A DNA stretch of 64,000 nucleotides, from NCBI GenBank assembly GCA_964409365.1, contig CAYPCX010000009.1, positions 10,390-74,389 of the forward strand, given 5' to 3'. The stretch comes from an uncultured Planctomycetia bacterium. Its GTDB lineage: Bacteria; Omnitrophota; Gorgyraeia; Tantalellales; Tantalellaceae. Within the stretch, counting starts at the first letter, position 1, and each line of letters begins with the position of its first letter. Of this stretch, positions 29,764 through 39,351 are shown piece by piece. Position numbers and translations under genes: made by a program. The notes beneath the pieces are model-generated. The model was given only the letters and a program-made list of their open reading frames with translations, had not been told where the DNA came from and did no database searches.

Positions 29764-31146
29764 ATGAACGATACCATAGCCGCGATATCCACGCCTCTCG
29801 GCCAGGGGGGCATAGGGATAGTACGCCTGAGCGGGCGGGCCTCGCTGGCGATAGCCGACAGGATATTCACCCCCCGCACGGGGGCGGGTCCCTCGGCCTG
29901 CCGGAGCCATACCGTCCATTACGGCTTTGTAAAGGTTCCCGGTAAAGATGAGATCGTCGATGAGGCGCTTCTCACCGTTATGTGTTCTCCCCAGACCTAT
30001 ACCACGGAAGACGTGGTGGAAATAAACTGCCATGGCGGGCTCATGCCGCTTAAAAGGGTGCTTGAACTGTGCCTGAAGGAGGGGGCGAGGCTCGCGGAAC
30101 CGGGTGAGTTCACTAAACGCGCTTTCCTGAACGGGAGAATGGATCTTTCCCAGGCCGAGGCGGTCCTTGACCTGATCAACGCCCAGACCGACACCTCGAG
30201 GAAGGTAGCCCTCGACCAGTTACGGGGATCCATCTCCGGGGAAATCCGCGGGATACGCGGTTCCATCCTCGATATCCTTTCGCTCATAGAGCTCACGATA
30301 GATTTTTCGCAGGAAGACGTGCATTTCCCGGAACGTGATAATATCACCGGTAGGGTGGAGGAGATCTCTCGTTCTCTCAGGCGCATGCTCGAGACTTCCG
30401 AAAAAGGCATGGTTTTACGGGAAGGAGCCAGCGTCGTGATATGCGGCAGGCCCAATGCCGGCAAGTCAAGCCTGATGAACGCGCTTTTGAGGCACGACCG
30501 GGTGATAGTGACGCCCGTAGCCGGTACGACCAGGGACGTCATAGAAGAGGCGATAGTGATATCCGGCGTCAAGGTGCGGCTTTCCGATACCGCCGGGATA
30601 GTCGAAACACACGACCGGGTGGAGATAGAAGGGGTAAAAAGGTCCAGGGAGAGGCTGGCCTGCGCGGATGTAGTGATCTTCATGCTGGATTCCAGTCTCC
30701 CTCTTTCGCGAAAAGACAAAGAGATATATAATACGATCAGGGATAAAAGGATGGTGATCGTCGCGAATAAGACGGACCTCCCTTCCGCGCTCGATATGGA
30801 TGAGGCAAGGCGCAGGTTCAAAAGAGATGACATCCTTGGGGTCTCGGTCCTGGAGAAGAAAGGCCTGGAAGATATCGAGGACGCCGTCGCGGCGAAGCTT
30901 TTCAGCGGAAGTATGGGGAGCCTCACGGAAGGGCCGGTGATAACGAACCTGAGGCACAAGAGATCGCTGGAAAAGGCGGCGGAGAGCATCGAGAGGGCCC
31001 TTTCGGTCACAGGCGCGGATTACAACGCTGAACTTCTTGCCAGCGACCTCAAGGAGGCGGCCCACCAGCTGGGGCTTGTGATCGGTGAGTCCGTCGAGGA
31101 CGATATACTGGACAGGATATTCTCGCAGTTCTGCATAGGAAAATGA
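29764..31146 (+). CDS. mnmE: tRNA modification GTPase MnmE
   Basis: DTIAAISTPLGQGGIGIVRLSG, GRPNAGKSSLMN, GTTRD, DTAG, C-terminal FCIGK. Confidence 0.97.
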   Translation: MNDTIAAISTPLGQGGIGIVRLSGRASLAIADRIFTPRTGAGPSACRSHTVHYGFVKVPGKDEIVDEALLTVMCSPQTYTTEDVVEINCHGGLMPLKRVLELCLKEGARLAEPGEFTKRAFLNGRMDLSQAEAVLDLINAQTDTSRKVALDQLRGSISGEIRGIRGSILDILSLIELTIDFSQEDVHFPERDNITGRVEEISRSLRRMLETSEKGMVLREGASVVICGRPNAGKSSLMNALLRHDRVIVTPVAGTTRDVIEEAIVISGVKVRLSDTAGIVETHDRVEIEGVKRSRERLACADVVIFMLDSSLPLSRKDKEIYNTIRDKRMVIVANKTDLPSALDMDEARRRFKRDDILGVSVLEKKGLEDIEDAVAAKLFSGSMGSLTEGPVITNLRHKRSLEKAAESIERALSVTGADYNAELLASDLKEAAHQLGLVIGESVEDDILDRIFSQFCIGK

Positions 31147-31162
31147 TGGATATGGAACGTTC

Positions 31163-31272
31163 CAGAAGACAGAAGTCAGAAGACAGAGGTCAGAGGTCAG
31201 ATATTAGGTGTTTGCTGTTGAAAGATACTATAATATTTTTTCTGTCCTCTGTTTTCTGTCCTCTGTTTTCTG
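31163..31272. repeat. Inverted heptamer arms (CAGARGW)n ... (TCTGTYY)n around a short AT-rich spacer
   Basis: Six left units at 31163-31204; four-plus right units at 31241-31272. Confidence 0.85.
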
Positions 31273-31298
31273 AGACATGTATTTAACGGAGGAAAAAA

Positions 31299-31868
31299 AT
31301 GGATAAGGGAAAAATAAAGAAAGCGGTAAAAGATATACTCGAGGCGATAGGGGACGACCCGGAAAGGGACGGCATAAAAGAGACCCCCAGAAGGGTCGCC
31401 GACATGTACGAAGAAATACTTGCCGGCATATCAAAGAACGCCGAGGATGAGGTCAAGGTCTTTTTCGACAAGGAGCACGACGAGATAATCCTACTGAAGG
31501 ATATCCCGCTGTATTCGATATGCGAACACCATATGATACCTTTTATGGGCAGGGCGCATGTGGCCTATATTCCCGACAACAACCGGATCACGGGCCTTAG
31601 CAAGATCGCCCGGGTAGTGGATACCCTCTCCAGGCGGCTCCAGGTCCAGGAAAGGCTGACCACGGAGATAGCCGACACCCTCATGAAGAAACTGGAGCCC
31701 AAAGGGGTCCTGGTAGTGATAGAGGCGGAGCACCTCTGCATGAGCATGAGGGGGGTCAAGAAGCCCGGCACTATCACTACGACGAGCGCCGTCAAGGGGA
31801 TATTCAGGACAAGCCAGAAAACGCGGTCGGAAGCCATGTCGCTTATACGGCACCCCCGTTGGACGTGA
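31299..31868 (+). CDS. folE: GTP cyclohydrolase I
   Basis: [36 protein letters not shown]. Confidence 0.97.
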   Translation: MDKGKIKKAVKDILEAIGDDPERDGIKETPRRVADMYEEILAGISKNAEDEVKVFFDKEHDEIILLKDIPLYSICEHHMIPFMGRAHVAYIPDNNRITGLSKIARVVDTLSRRLQVQERLTTEIADTLMKKLEPKGVLVVIEAEHLCMSMRGVKKPGTITTTSAVKGIFRTSQKTRSEAMSLIRHPRWT

Positions 31869-31883
31869 ACCGGTTTTTAACAA

Positions 31884-31912
31884 TTGCGTTTTTACCCCTC
31901 TTATAATATAAT
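31884..31912 (+). promoter_or_regulatory. Putative sigma70 promoter
   Basis: TTGCGT-17 bp-TATAAT. Confidence 0.5.
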
Positions 31913-31964
31913 TATCCCATAAAAAATACACCTTTAATTCAAGTTTAAGGCCCGACAGCCATTT

Positions 31965-32429
31965 ATGAACGAACATGCCACATTAGCGCAATTCCTGAAT
32001 AACAAGGTCGCCATGACGACCCTGGCCGCGTGGTTCATTGCCCAGACCATCAAGGTCGTTCTGGGCGTTATCAAGGAGAAGCGGTTCAATTTCAAGTGGT
32101 TCGTGGGAACAGGGGGGATGCCCAGCTCCCACGCGGCCGGAGTGATCGCCCTTGTTACCAGCGTGGGGCTCCAGGTTGGCGTAGGGTCGCCCCTTTTCGC
32201 GTTGGCGCTCCTCTTTACCATAGTGGTGCTTTGCGACGCGCAGGGTGTGCGCTGGTCGACCGGCAAGCAGGCGGAGATACTGAACAGGATAATGGACGAT
32301 ATATATTTCAAGAAGAAGATCCAGGAAGACCGGCTGAAGGAACTCGTGGGGCATACCCCCATACAGGTACTGGCCGGCATGCTGATAGGCCTGACAGTGG
32401 CGTTGATGTCATATAGTGGGTTAAAATAA
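31965..32429 (+). CDS. Divergent PAP2 family protein (YuiD/DUF212-like)
   Basis: TGGMPSSH, DAQGVR, GKQAEILN, LKELVGHTPIQV. Confidence 0.9.
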   Translation: MNEHATLAQFLNNKVAMTTLAAWFIAQTIKVVLGVIKEKRFNFKWFVGTGGMPSSHAAGVIALVTSVGLQVGVGSPLFALALLFTIVVLCDAQGVRWSTGKQAEILNRIMDDIYFKKKIQEDRLKELVGHTPIQVLAGMLIGLTVALMSYSGLK

Positions 32430-32439
32430 CCGGGGACAG

Positions 32440-33372
32440 GTGGCCGTGAATAAGAACATCATTTATATTTCCGCTCTTTGCCTTGCGGTAGTGATAGCAG
32501 CCGTATCGTTTTTCGTCCTGAAAGCGGTGCCGGACAAAAGGCTCTATCCGGACAAGATAGACAAGGCCGCTCTCATCTACGACAGGGCTAAGGATTTTGC
32601 CAAGGAGAAGGACTACAATAAGGCCATCAACGCCCTCGTGGTGGGGCTGAGCCAGTATCCCGATTCGAAATACACGGAAAAATATCTCAGGGAACTGGCG
32701 TCGATCTATCACGAAAAAGGGGATACGGTAAAAGCCAGGTATTATTACAGCCGCCTGCTCAAGAATTTTCCCGATGTGAAGGACGCCTCCGAGATCCGAT
32801 CCAGGGTGGAAGCTTTCAACATGGACATGATGCTGTCCCCGGCGATAACCGAGGACAGCATGGAATACGTCGTCCAGTCGGGCGATACCCTTTTCGCCAT
32901 AGCGAAGAAGTTCGGTACGACGATCGGGCTTCTTAAGAAAGTCAACGGCCTGAAAGGCGACCTGATCGTACCGGGCCAGAAACTCAAGGTAGTGGTCTCA
33001 CAGTTCTCCTTGTTCGTGGACAAATCCGACAACATCCTGGTGCTGAGAAAGGACGGCGAGCCGCTCAAGACCTACATCGTGTCGACCGGGAAAGATAATT
33101 CCACGCCCGTGGGGGTCTTCAAGATCGAGGAAAAGATGGTAAGGCCCGTATGGTACAAGGTCAACGCGGTCGTCTCCCCTGACAGCGACGAGTACGAACT
33201 GGGTGAACGATGGATGGGGCTTTCCAAACAGGGGTATGGCATACACGGCACTAACGATGAAGGTTCCATAGGCAAACAGATCACGCAGGGCTGCGTGAGG
33301 ATGCGCAATAACGAAGTGATAGAGCTTTACGATATCGTGCCCAGCGGCACCGAAGTCGAGATCGTGGATTAA
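32440..33372 (+). CDS. TPR-LysM-L,D-transpeptidase (YkuD) protein
   Basis: N-terminal anchor, TPR-like helices, LysM YVVQSGDTLFAIAKKF, catalytic YGIHGT...TQGCVRM. Confidence 0.9.
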   Translation: MAVNKNIIYISALCLAVVIAAVSFFVLKAVPDKRLYPDKIDKAALIYDRAKDFAKEKDYNKAINALVVGLSQYPDSKYTEKYLRELASIYHEKGDTVKARYYYSRLLKNFPDVKDASEIRSRVEAFNMDMMLSPAITEDSMEYVVQSGDTLFAIAKKFGTTIGLLKKVNGLKGDLIVPGQKLKVVVSQFSLFVDKSDNILVLRKDGEPLKTYIVSTGKDNSTPVGVFKIEEKMVRPVWYKVNAVVSPDSDEYELGERWMGLSKQGYGIHGTNDEGSIGKQITQGCVRMRNNEVIELYDIVPSGTEVEIVD

Positions 33373-33376
33373 AAAC

Positions 33377-33472
33377 AGTATGTCGTATCTCGCATATAGT
33401 ATATCGTCGAAATCTTTGACGTGCGCTAAAAATAACGATATACGAAATACGATATACGAAATACGAAATGCG
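33377..33472. repeat. Inverted heptamer arms (MGYATNT)n ... (CGAWATA)n
   Basis: AGTATGT CGTATCT CGCATAT AGTATAT - spacer - CGATATA CGAAATA CGATATA CGAAATA CGAAATG. Confidence 0.85.
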
Positions 33473-33483
33473 GCGCGCAAAAA

Positions 33484-34440
33484 ATGGCTATAGTGCTGGA
33501 ATTCGAAAAACCTATAATCGAGCTTGAGAACAAGATCGAGGAACTCAAGAAGTTCACGAACAAGGAGCATATAGACCTCTCCGACGAGATACTTAAGCTC
33601 ACCACCCGGCTCGAAAGGCTCAAAAAGGACGTTTTTGAGAACCTGACCCCCTGGCAGAAGGTCCAGCTTGCGCGCCACCCTGACCGTCCTTATACCCTGG
33701 ACTATATAGGGATGATCATGGGAGATTTCATAGAGATACACGGCGACCGCCATTTCTCCGACGACAAGGCGCTTATAGCGGGACTGGCGCGCATGGACGG
33801 CCAGAAGATCATGATCATGGGGCACCAGAAGGGACGGGAGACAAAGGAGAACCTGGAAAGGAATTTCGGGTGCGCCCACCCGGAAGGATACCGCAAGGCG
33901 ATACGCATAATGAAGCTGGCGGAAAAGTTCGGTATCCCGGTAGTGACCTTTATCGATACCCCCGGGGCTTATCCCGGAGTAGGCGCGGAAGAGCGCGGCC
34001 AGGCCGAGGCCATAGCTTACAATCTGCGTGAGATGGCAGGGCTCAAAGTGCCCATAATAGTGTTCGTGATAGGCGAGGGAGGCTCAGGCGGGGCTCTCGG
34101 GATAGGCCTGGGCGACAGGATATTCGTCCTGGAGAACGGGTATTATTCCGTGATCTCCCCCGAAGGATGCGCCGCTATACTCTGGCGGGAACGCTCGAAG
34201 GCTCCTTCGGCCGCTACCGCCCTGAAACTCACGGCGCAGGAACTTCTTGAATTAGGTATCATAGATGGTATAATACCAGAACCGCTTGGTGGGGCTCACC
34301 GGGATCCCGAAAAGACCGCAGATGGAATAAAGAAGACCATAAGGAAAAGCCTCCGGGAGCTCTCAAAACTTTCAAGCGAAGAACTTGTCGATCAAAGGTA
34401 CGAGAAGTACCGTACCATGGGAGTCTATAAAGAAGGATGA
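33484..34440 (+). CDS. accA: Acetyl-CoA carboxylase carboxyltransferase subunit alpha
   Basis: [45 protein letters not shown]. Confidence 0.98.
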   Translation: MAIVLEFEKPIIELENKIEELKKFTNKEHIDLSDEILKLTTRLERLKKDVFENLTPWQKVQLARHPDRPYTLDYIGMIMGDFIEIHGDRHFSDDKALIAGLARMDGQKIMIMGHQKGRETKENLERNFGCAHPEGYRKAIRIMKLAEKFGIPVVTFIDTPGAYPGVGAEERGQAEAIAYNLREMAGLKVPIIVFVIGEGGSGGALGIGLGDRIFVLENGYYSVISPEGCAAILWRERSKAPSAATALKLTAQELLELGIIDGIIPEPLGGAHRDPEKTADGIKKTIRKSLRELSKLSSEELVDQRYEKYRTMGVYKEG

Positions 34441-34856
34441 CGACACCTGCCATGAAAACAAGGATAGCGAACGACAGCCATCTCCTGAAAGAGGTCAGCA
34501 AGGACCTCATAGCAGCGCTCAAAGGCAAAGGCGTTGAAGAGGACATAATATTTGACGTCCATGTGGGTTTCGAGGAGGCGCTGCGCAACGCCATGATCCA
34601 CGGCAACAGGAACGACCCCGAAAAAAAGGTGACCATCGAGACACAGGTCACGGAGGAAGCGGTCATAATCTCCGTGGAGGACGAAGGAGAAGGGTTCGAT
34701 CCCGGGAAGCTCCCGGACCCGACGCTTGACGAGAACCTCCTTAAAGAAGGGGGCAGGGGCGTGTATCTTATCAACCACCTGATGGACGAGGTCGCTTACG
34801 AACGCGGCGGCAGAAAAGTCGTGATGACCAAATATTTTTACAAAAAACACCTATAA
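34437..34856 (+). CDS. RsbW/SpoIIAB-like serine kinase (anti-sigma factor family)
   Basis: HATPase motifs [34 protein letters not shown]. Confidence 0.9.
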   Translation: MTTPAMKTRIANDSHLLKEVSKDLIAALKGKGVEEDIIFDVHVGFEEALRNAMIHGNRNDPEKKVTIETQVTEEAVIISVEDEGEGFDPGKLPDPTLDENLLKEGGRGVYLINHLMDEVAYERGGRKVVMTKYFYKKHL

Positions 34857-34880
34857 GCATATAATTAACGGGGAGGTAAA

Positions 34881-35213
34881 ATGCAGGTTAACATTGAGGA
34901 TAAGAATGGCGTGACTGTTTGCAGCATGGTCGGCGACATCGATATAAATACTTCGCCCGACGTGAAAAAATCCTTTGACCAGATCATAAAGGATAAAAAG
35001 GACAAGGTAGTGATCGATCTTAAGGACGTGGGTTACGTGGACAGTTCCGGGCTTGCCACACTGGTCGAAATACTCAAAAATCTGCGCGCTTACGGGGGAA
35101 AGCTCAAAATAGCGGATCTTTCCGACAAGGTCCGCGGCCTTTTTGAGATAACCAAGCTTGACAAGCTGTTCGACATCGTCGCCGACGAACAGGAAGCCTT
35201 AAGCACTTTCTAA
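34881..35213 (+). CDS. STAS domain protein (RsbV/SpoIIAA-like; possible MlaB analogue)
   Basis: GDID, YVDSSGLATLV phosphoacceptor motif, FEITKL. Confidence 0.92.
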   Translation: MQVNIEDKNGVTVCSMVGDIDINTSPDVKKSFDQIIKDKKDKVVIDLKDVGYVDSSGLATLVEILKNLRAYGGKLKIADLSDKVRGLFEITKLDKLFDIVADEQEALSTF

Positions 35214-35225
35214 AAAGGATATAAG

Positions 35226-36023
35226 ATGAAAAATACGGTAGAGAATATAGGCAAAACGATCCTCAACCTCGGCCAGCATATAAAGAACATCCTGGCGCTT
35301 TTATATACTACCCTGGAGTGCATATTCACCGGTCCGGTCAAAGGAAAGACGGTCAAACGGGACGGCCTTTTCGAACAGCTGGTATTCGCCGGCGTACAGT
35401 CCGTTGTCATCGTGTTCTTTATATCCCTTTTCACGGGTATCGTAATAGCGATGCAGAGTTCTTACCAGCTTAAGGAGCTGGGGGCCACCATCTACGTGGC
35501 ACCGATGGTCGCCATAGGCATGGCCAGGGAGCTCGGCCCGGTATTCGCGGCCCTGGTCGTGGCGGGAAGAGTGGGGTCGGCGATCACCGCGGAACTCGGC
35601 ACGATGAAGGTCTCCGAGCAGATCGAGGCTATGGAAGTCATGGCTCTCGACCCGGTACGGTTCCTCGTGGCCCCGCGTTTTCTGGCGCTCATCATCATGC
35701 TCCCGTGTCTTACGATAATGGCCGATATAGTAGGCATGTTGGGGGGCTTGATAGTGGGAGTTTTCAGCCTTCATCTTAATGTGTGGAGATACATAGCTTT
35801 TTCGTTGGATTTTCTGGTCTGGAAGGACATCTGGACCGGTCTTTTCAAGAGTTTCGCGTTCGGAGTGATCATATCCATGATAGCCTGTTACGTCGGACTG
35901 GATACCCGGGGCGGGGCCGAAGGGGTCGGGCGGGCTACCACGCTCAGCGTTGTCATCAGTTTTATCCTTATAATCCTTTTTGACTGTATTATAACGGGTA
36001 TATTCTATTTTTCGAACGTATAG
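35226..36023 (+). CDS. mlaE: MlaE family ABC permease
   Basis: RELGPV..LVVAGRVGSAITAELGTMKVSEQIEA, GGAEGVGRATT. Confidence 0.92.
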   Translation: MKNTVENIGKTILNLGQHIKNILALLYTTLECIFTGPVKGKTVKRDGLFEQLVFAGVQSVVIVFFISLFTGIVIAMQSSYQLKELGATIYVAPMVAIGMARELGPVFAALVVAGRVGSAITAELGTMKVSEQIEAMEVMALDPVRFLVAPRFLALIIMLPCLTIMADIVGMLGGLIVGVFSLHLNVWRYIAFSLDFLVWKDIWTGLFKSFAFGVIISMIACYVGLDTRGGAEGVGRATTLSVVISFILIILFDCIITGIFYFSNV

Positions 36024-36035
36024 GAAAGAAAAGAC

Positions 36036-36836
36036 ATGGAAGAGAGAGAAGTAGTAATAGAAGTACAGGACCTGGTCAAGAAGTTCGGCGCAAGGACCAT
36101 ACTTAACGGTATAAACCTCAAGATATACAGGGGCGAGACGTTCGTGATCATGGGCGGTTCGGGGTGCGGAAAAAGCACGCTTCTCCGCCACATGATAGGG
36201 AGCCTCAAGCCGAATTCCGGCAGAGTAATGTTGCTGGGAGATGATATAACCGATAAGTACGAGGACCAGCTCGACGATGTCCGCAAGAAGATAGGCATGT
36301 CGTTCCAGTCGTCGGCCCTTTTTGATTCCATGAACGTGGGCGAGAACGTGAGCCTGCCTTTGAGGGAACATACCAAGCTCGATAAGAGCGTAATAGACAT
36401 CGTGGTAAAGATGAAGCTGGAACTGGTGGGCCTCAGGGGATTCGAGGACCTCCTGCCCAGCGAGATCTCGGGCGGCATGAAGAAAAGGGTGGGTCTTGCC
36501 AGGGCTATAGCCATGGACCCGCAGATAATCTTCTACGACGAGCCTACCGCGGGCCTCGACCCGATAGTGGCCGCTGTCATTGACAAGCTCATACTTGATC
36601 TTTCCAATAAACTTTCGATAACTACCGTCGTGGTAACGCATGACATGAAAAGCGTCATGACCATAGCCGACAGGATAGCCATGCTTTACGAGGGCAAGGT
36701 GCTTGAGGTAGGCACTCCCGATGAGATAAAAAATTCGAAAAATGGGATGGTGCAACAGTTCATAAACGGCGACCCGGACGGTCCCATAAAGTTTTTCCAG
36801 CAGAAAGACGATTACCTGGAACATTTAACGGCGTAA
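36036..36836 (+). CDS. mlaF: MlaF/Mkl family ABC ATPase
   Basis: GGSGCGKST, ISGGMKKRVGLARA, YDEPTAGLDP, VTHD. Confidence 0.92.
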   Translation: MEEREVVIEVQDLVKKFGARTILNGINLKIYRGETFVIMGGSGCGKSTLLRHMIGSLKPNSGRVMLLGDDITDKYEDQLDDVRKKIGMSFQSSALFDSMNVGENVSLPLREHTKLDKSVIDIVVKMKLELVGLRGFEDLLPSEISGGMKKRVGLARAIAMDPQIIFYDEPTAGLDPIVAAVIDKLILDLSNKLSITTVVVTHDMKSVMTIADRIAMLYEGKVLEVGTPDEIKNSKNGMVQQFINGDPDGPIKFFQQKDDYLEHLTA

Positions 36837-36842
36837 TAGTGG

Positions 36843-36937
36843 TGAGTTATGAGTTTTGAGTTATGAGTCGGCACGAGCGACCACATTCACAACTAATAAC
36901 TAACACCTAATAACTAATAACTAATAACTAATAACTA
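36843..36937. repeat. Inverted heptamer arms (TGAGTTW)n ... (ATAACTA)n
   Basis: Four left units at 36843-36869, a GC-rich spacer, seven right units at 36889-36937. Confidence 0.9.
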
Positions 36938-36953
36938 ACTAAGGAGTTCCGTT

Positions 36954-37553
36954 ATGAGATTCAGCAACGAAATGAAGGCAGGCATAGTTGTTATCGTGGC
37001 CATAGTCCTGAGTATCTTTTTCTTCCTGAGGACCAGCGATTTCAAGGCCACTAAATACGAGCTGAAGACGTATTTCGTGTACGCCGGCGACCTTAAATCC
37101 GACGCTACCGTGAAGCTCTCCGGCATAGAGGTGGGCCGGGTGAAGAAGATGAAGTTCATTTACAAACCTGAGACCAAAGTGGAGTGTCTCCTGGAGATAG
37201 ACGGCAATGCTAAGGTCCGGACCGATTCCATCGCATATATCGGCACAGCCGGTATCGTGGGCGACGCCTTTGTCGGTATCACGCCGGGCAAGGCCGAGGA
37301 GTTCATGAAAAAGGGCGGCACCCTGGCCAGCGAAGACCCGATCCAGATGCGTCTCTTGTGGAAGAAAGCCGACGAGATCGCCACCAACCTGGACAGCATC
37401 ATCGCGGACGTCAAAGACGTCGTCGCGGAGAACAAAGAGAACATGAGCAACATAATAGTCAACCTCGAGGACACCACCGAGAACTTCAAGGAATTCAGCG
37501 AAGACGTGAAGAAAAACCCGTGGAAACTTCTCTTCAAGGGAGAAGAGAAGTAG
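36954..37553 (+). CDS. mlaD: MCE/MlaD family protein
   Basis: N-terminal TM; VKLSGIEVGRVK, IGTAGIVGDAFVGITPG; helical tail ending KNPWKLLF. Confidence 0.88.
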   Translation: MRFSNEMKAGIVVIVAIVLSIFFFLRTSDFKATKYELKTYFVYAGDLKSDATVKLSGIEVGRVKKMKFIYKPETKVECLLEIDGNAKVRTDSIAYIGTAGIVGDAFVGITPGKAEEFMKKGGTLASEDPIQMRLLWKKADEIATNLDSIIADVKDVVAENKENMSNIIVNLEDTTENFKEFSEDVKKNPWKLLFKGEEK

Positions 37554-37554
37554 T

Positions 37555-37573
37555 TCAGGTGTCAGGTCTCAGG
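37555..37573. repeat. Short TCAGGTS heptamer array just after the mlaD stop
   Basis: TCAGGTG TCAGGTC TCAGG, same unit as at 11290. Confidence 0.55.
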
Positions 37574-37585
37574 AGAGCCGGGACG

Positions 37586-38389
37586 ATGAGGAAAGTTTTA
37601 GTATTTGCCGGTTGTTTGTTTTTTTTGTTTAGCACAGTTAGTTCGGTTTTCGGCGTGGGTGAGACGGTACTGGTCATATCCTACGCGGGAGACGTAAAAA
37701 TAATACCCGCCGGCGCCGCAAAGGCGATACCCTGCCAGCCCGGAATGGTACTGAGGGAAGGTACCAGGATAATCACGGGGGAAGAATCCTACATAGAGAT
37801 CGTTTTCGACCGGTCCAGGCAAAACCTGGTGAAGATAAAGGCTAATACCGAGGTTGTTATCAAACTGGATGATGCCGGCAGGATCGATCTGATCGACGGT
37901 GAGGTCTACACGCTCCTCAGGGATATCAAAGAAGGACAGACCTTCCGCGTGCGCACGCCCGGGGCCGTTTGCGGTGCCCGCGGGACCGGCTGGTACACCG
38001 GGGTCAAGGGCAAGATCACTGATATTGTCTCGTTTCAGGACAACGTTTTTGTCTACGGTGTAAATAAAGACGGTTCCGTGAAGGAAGAGATCTTCTGGAT
38101 AAAAGAGGGGTATGAAAGAAAAGTGAAGAAGTTCGGACGCCCCGGTGATATGATCAGGGTCTCCGAAGAACGGCTGGCCAGGATGAGACGAGAGGTCGGA
38201 CTGGGCAGCGGCAAGACCCTCAGGGACGTGAACAACATAGAAAAAAGCACCAATGTCCGGGAATCACAGATAAGCAGCATCATCGAAAAAAGGAACGAGG
38301 AACGTCTGGACAATCTGCGGAGCAAGCGGGATAAATCCGATACCAGAGGAGGCCGCGTCGGCGGCAGGAAGCTGGTAAAAGGCCCTTAA
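37586..38389 (+). CDS. Exported FecR-domain protein
   Basis: Signal peptide; GTRIITGEES, FRVRTPGAVCGARGT. Confidence 0.8.
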   Translation: MRKVLVFAGCLFFLFSTVSSVFGVGETVLVISYAGDVKIIPAGAAKAIPCQPGMVLREGTRIITGEESYIEIVFDRSRQNLVKIKANTEVVIKLDDAGRIDLIDGEVYTLLRDIKEGQTFRVRTPGAVCGARGTGWYTGVKGKITDIVSFQDNVFVYGVNKDGSVKEEIFWIKEGYERKVKKFGRPGDMIRVSEERLARMRREVGLGSGKTLRDVNNIEKSTNVRESQISSIIEKRNEERLDNLRSKRDKSDTRGGRVGGRKLVKGP

Positions 38390-38478
38390 AGCCCTACCTT
38401 GTTTTTAAACCAATCCTGTTATATACTTAAACTGCTCGAAATATGCGAAAAGGTCTGTCTAAACAAGGAGAGCATATT

Positions 38479-39333
38479 ATGAGAAAATTTTTATTATTAC
38501 TGCTCATATTTTGTCTTGCTGTATCACCGGTCTTGTATGCCGCCCAGGAGACCGTGAGTGTCGTCTCTTTCGAGGGTGATGTAAAGGTCCTGGCGCCGGG
38601 TGAAAAGGAAGCGGTCTCTCCCAAAAAGGACATGGTCCTCGAAAAAGGCACGAAGATAACCACGGGTAAAGGCGGCTATCTTGAGATGACTTTTGATGAG
38701 TCGGGGGATAACATCCTGAAAGTGGAAGAGGAGACCGAGGTTGTCATCAAGATAGACGGGGTCGACAAAGTGGAGCTTGTCAACGGCGAGCTCTTTGCCC
38801 TGATACAGAACCTCGGCGAGGGTGAGGAGTTTCGCGTGAAGACACCGTGCGCGACCTGCGGCGCTCGCGGTACCGCCTGGAAGACCATGACCGACGGCCA
38901 GACGACGGACGTCTCGGTCGTTGACGATAAGGTGTTTGTCCGCGGATTTAACAAGGACGGCACTGTATCCGATAAGGTGTTCTGGGTGAACAAGGGATAC
39001 CGGAGGTCGATCAAGAAATTCCGTGCCCCCGGCGAAATGAAAAAGATCCCCACCGCCAGGTTCGCCAGGATGAAGAGGGAAATGAAGCCGCTCTCTTCCC
39101 GGTTGAACAAGGTGATCGACAAAAGGATCTCGGCGAGCGGATTAGATAAGCCCAGGATCGAAAGAGTGGTCGACCGGCAGGAGGCCATGGATAAAAGGAC
39201 CCGGACCATAGATATCCGTGAAGACCTGCGCGAGAAATCCCTGGACCAGCAAAGAGAAAAGAAAGACGAACCGATCCTCAGGAAGAGAAGGAGGAGACCG
39301 CCGCCGCCGAGTGGTGGTACCGGAAGTCCATAA
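38479..39333 (+). CDS. Exported FecR-domain protein (paralog of the upstream gene)
   Basis: RBS AAGGAG; signal peptide; GTKITTGKGG, FRVKTPCATCGARGT; colinear similarity to 37586-38389. Confidence 0.8.
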   Translation: MRKFLLLLLIFCLAVSPVLYAAQETVSVVSFEGDVKVLAPGEKEAVSPKKDMVLEKGTKITTGKGGYLEMTFDESGDNILKVEEETEVVIKIDGVDKVELVNGELFALIQNLGEGEEFRVKTPCATCGARGTAWKTMTDGQTTDVSVVDDKVFVRGFNKDGTVSDKVFWVNKGYRRSIKKFRAPGEMKKIPTARFARMKREMKPLSSRLNKVIDKRISASGLDKPRIERVVDRQEAMDKRTRTIDIREDLREKSLDQQREKKDEPILRKRRRRPPPPSGGTGSP

Positions 39334-39351
39334 ACGAAGGGGACAGGATAG

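Noticed and set aside
35301-36824. 507-aa minus-strand ORF
   Set aside because: Antisense shadow of mlaE/mlaF.
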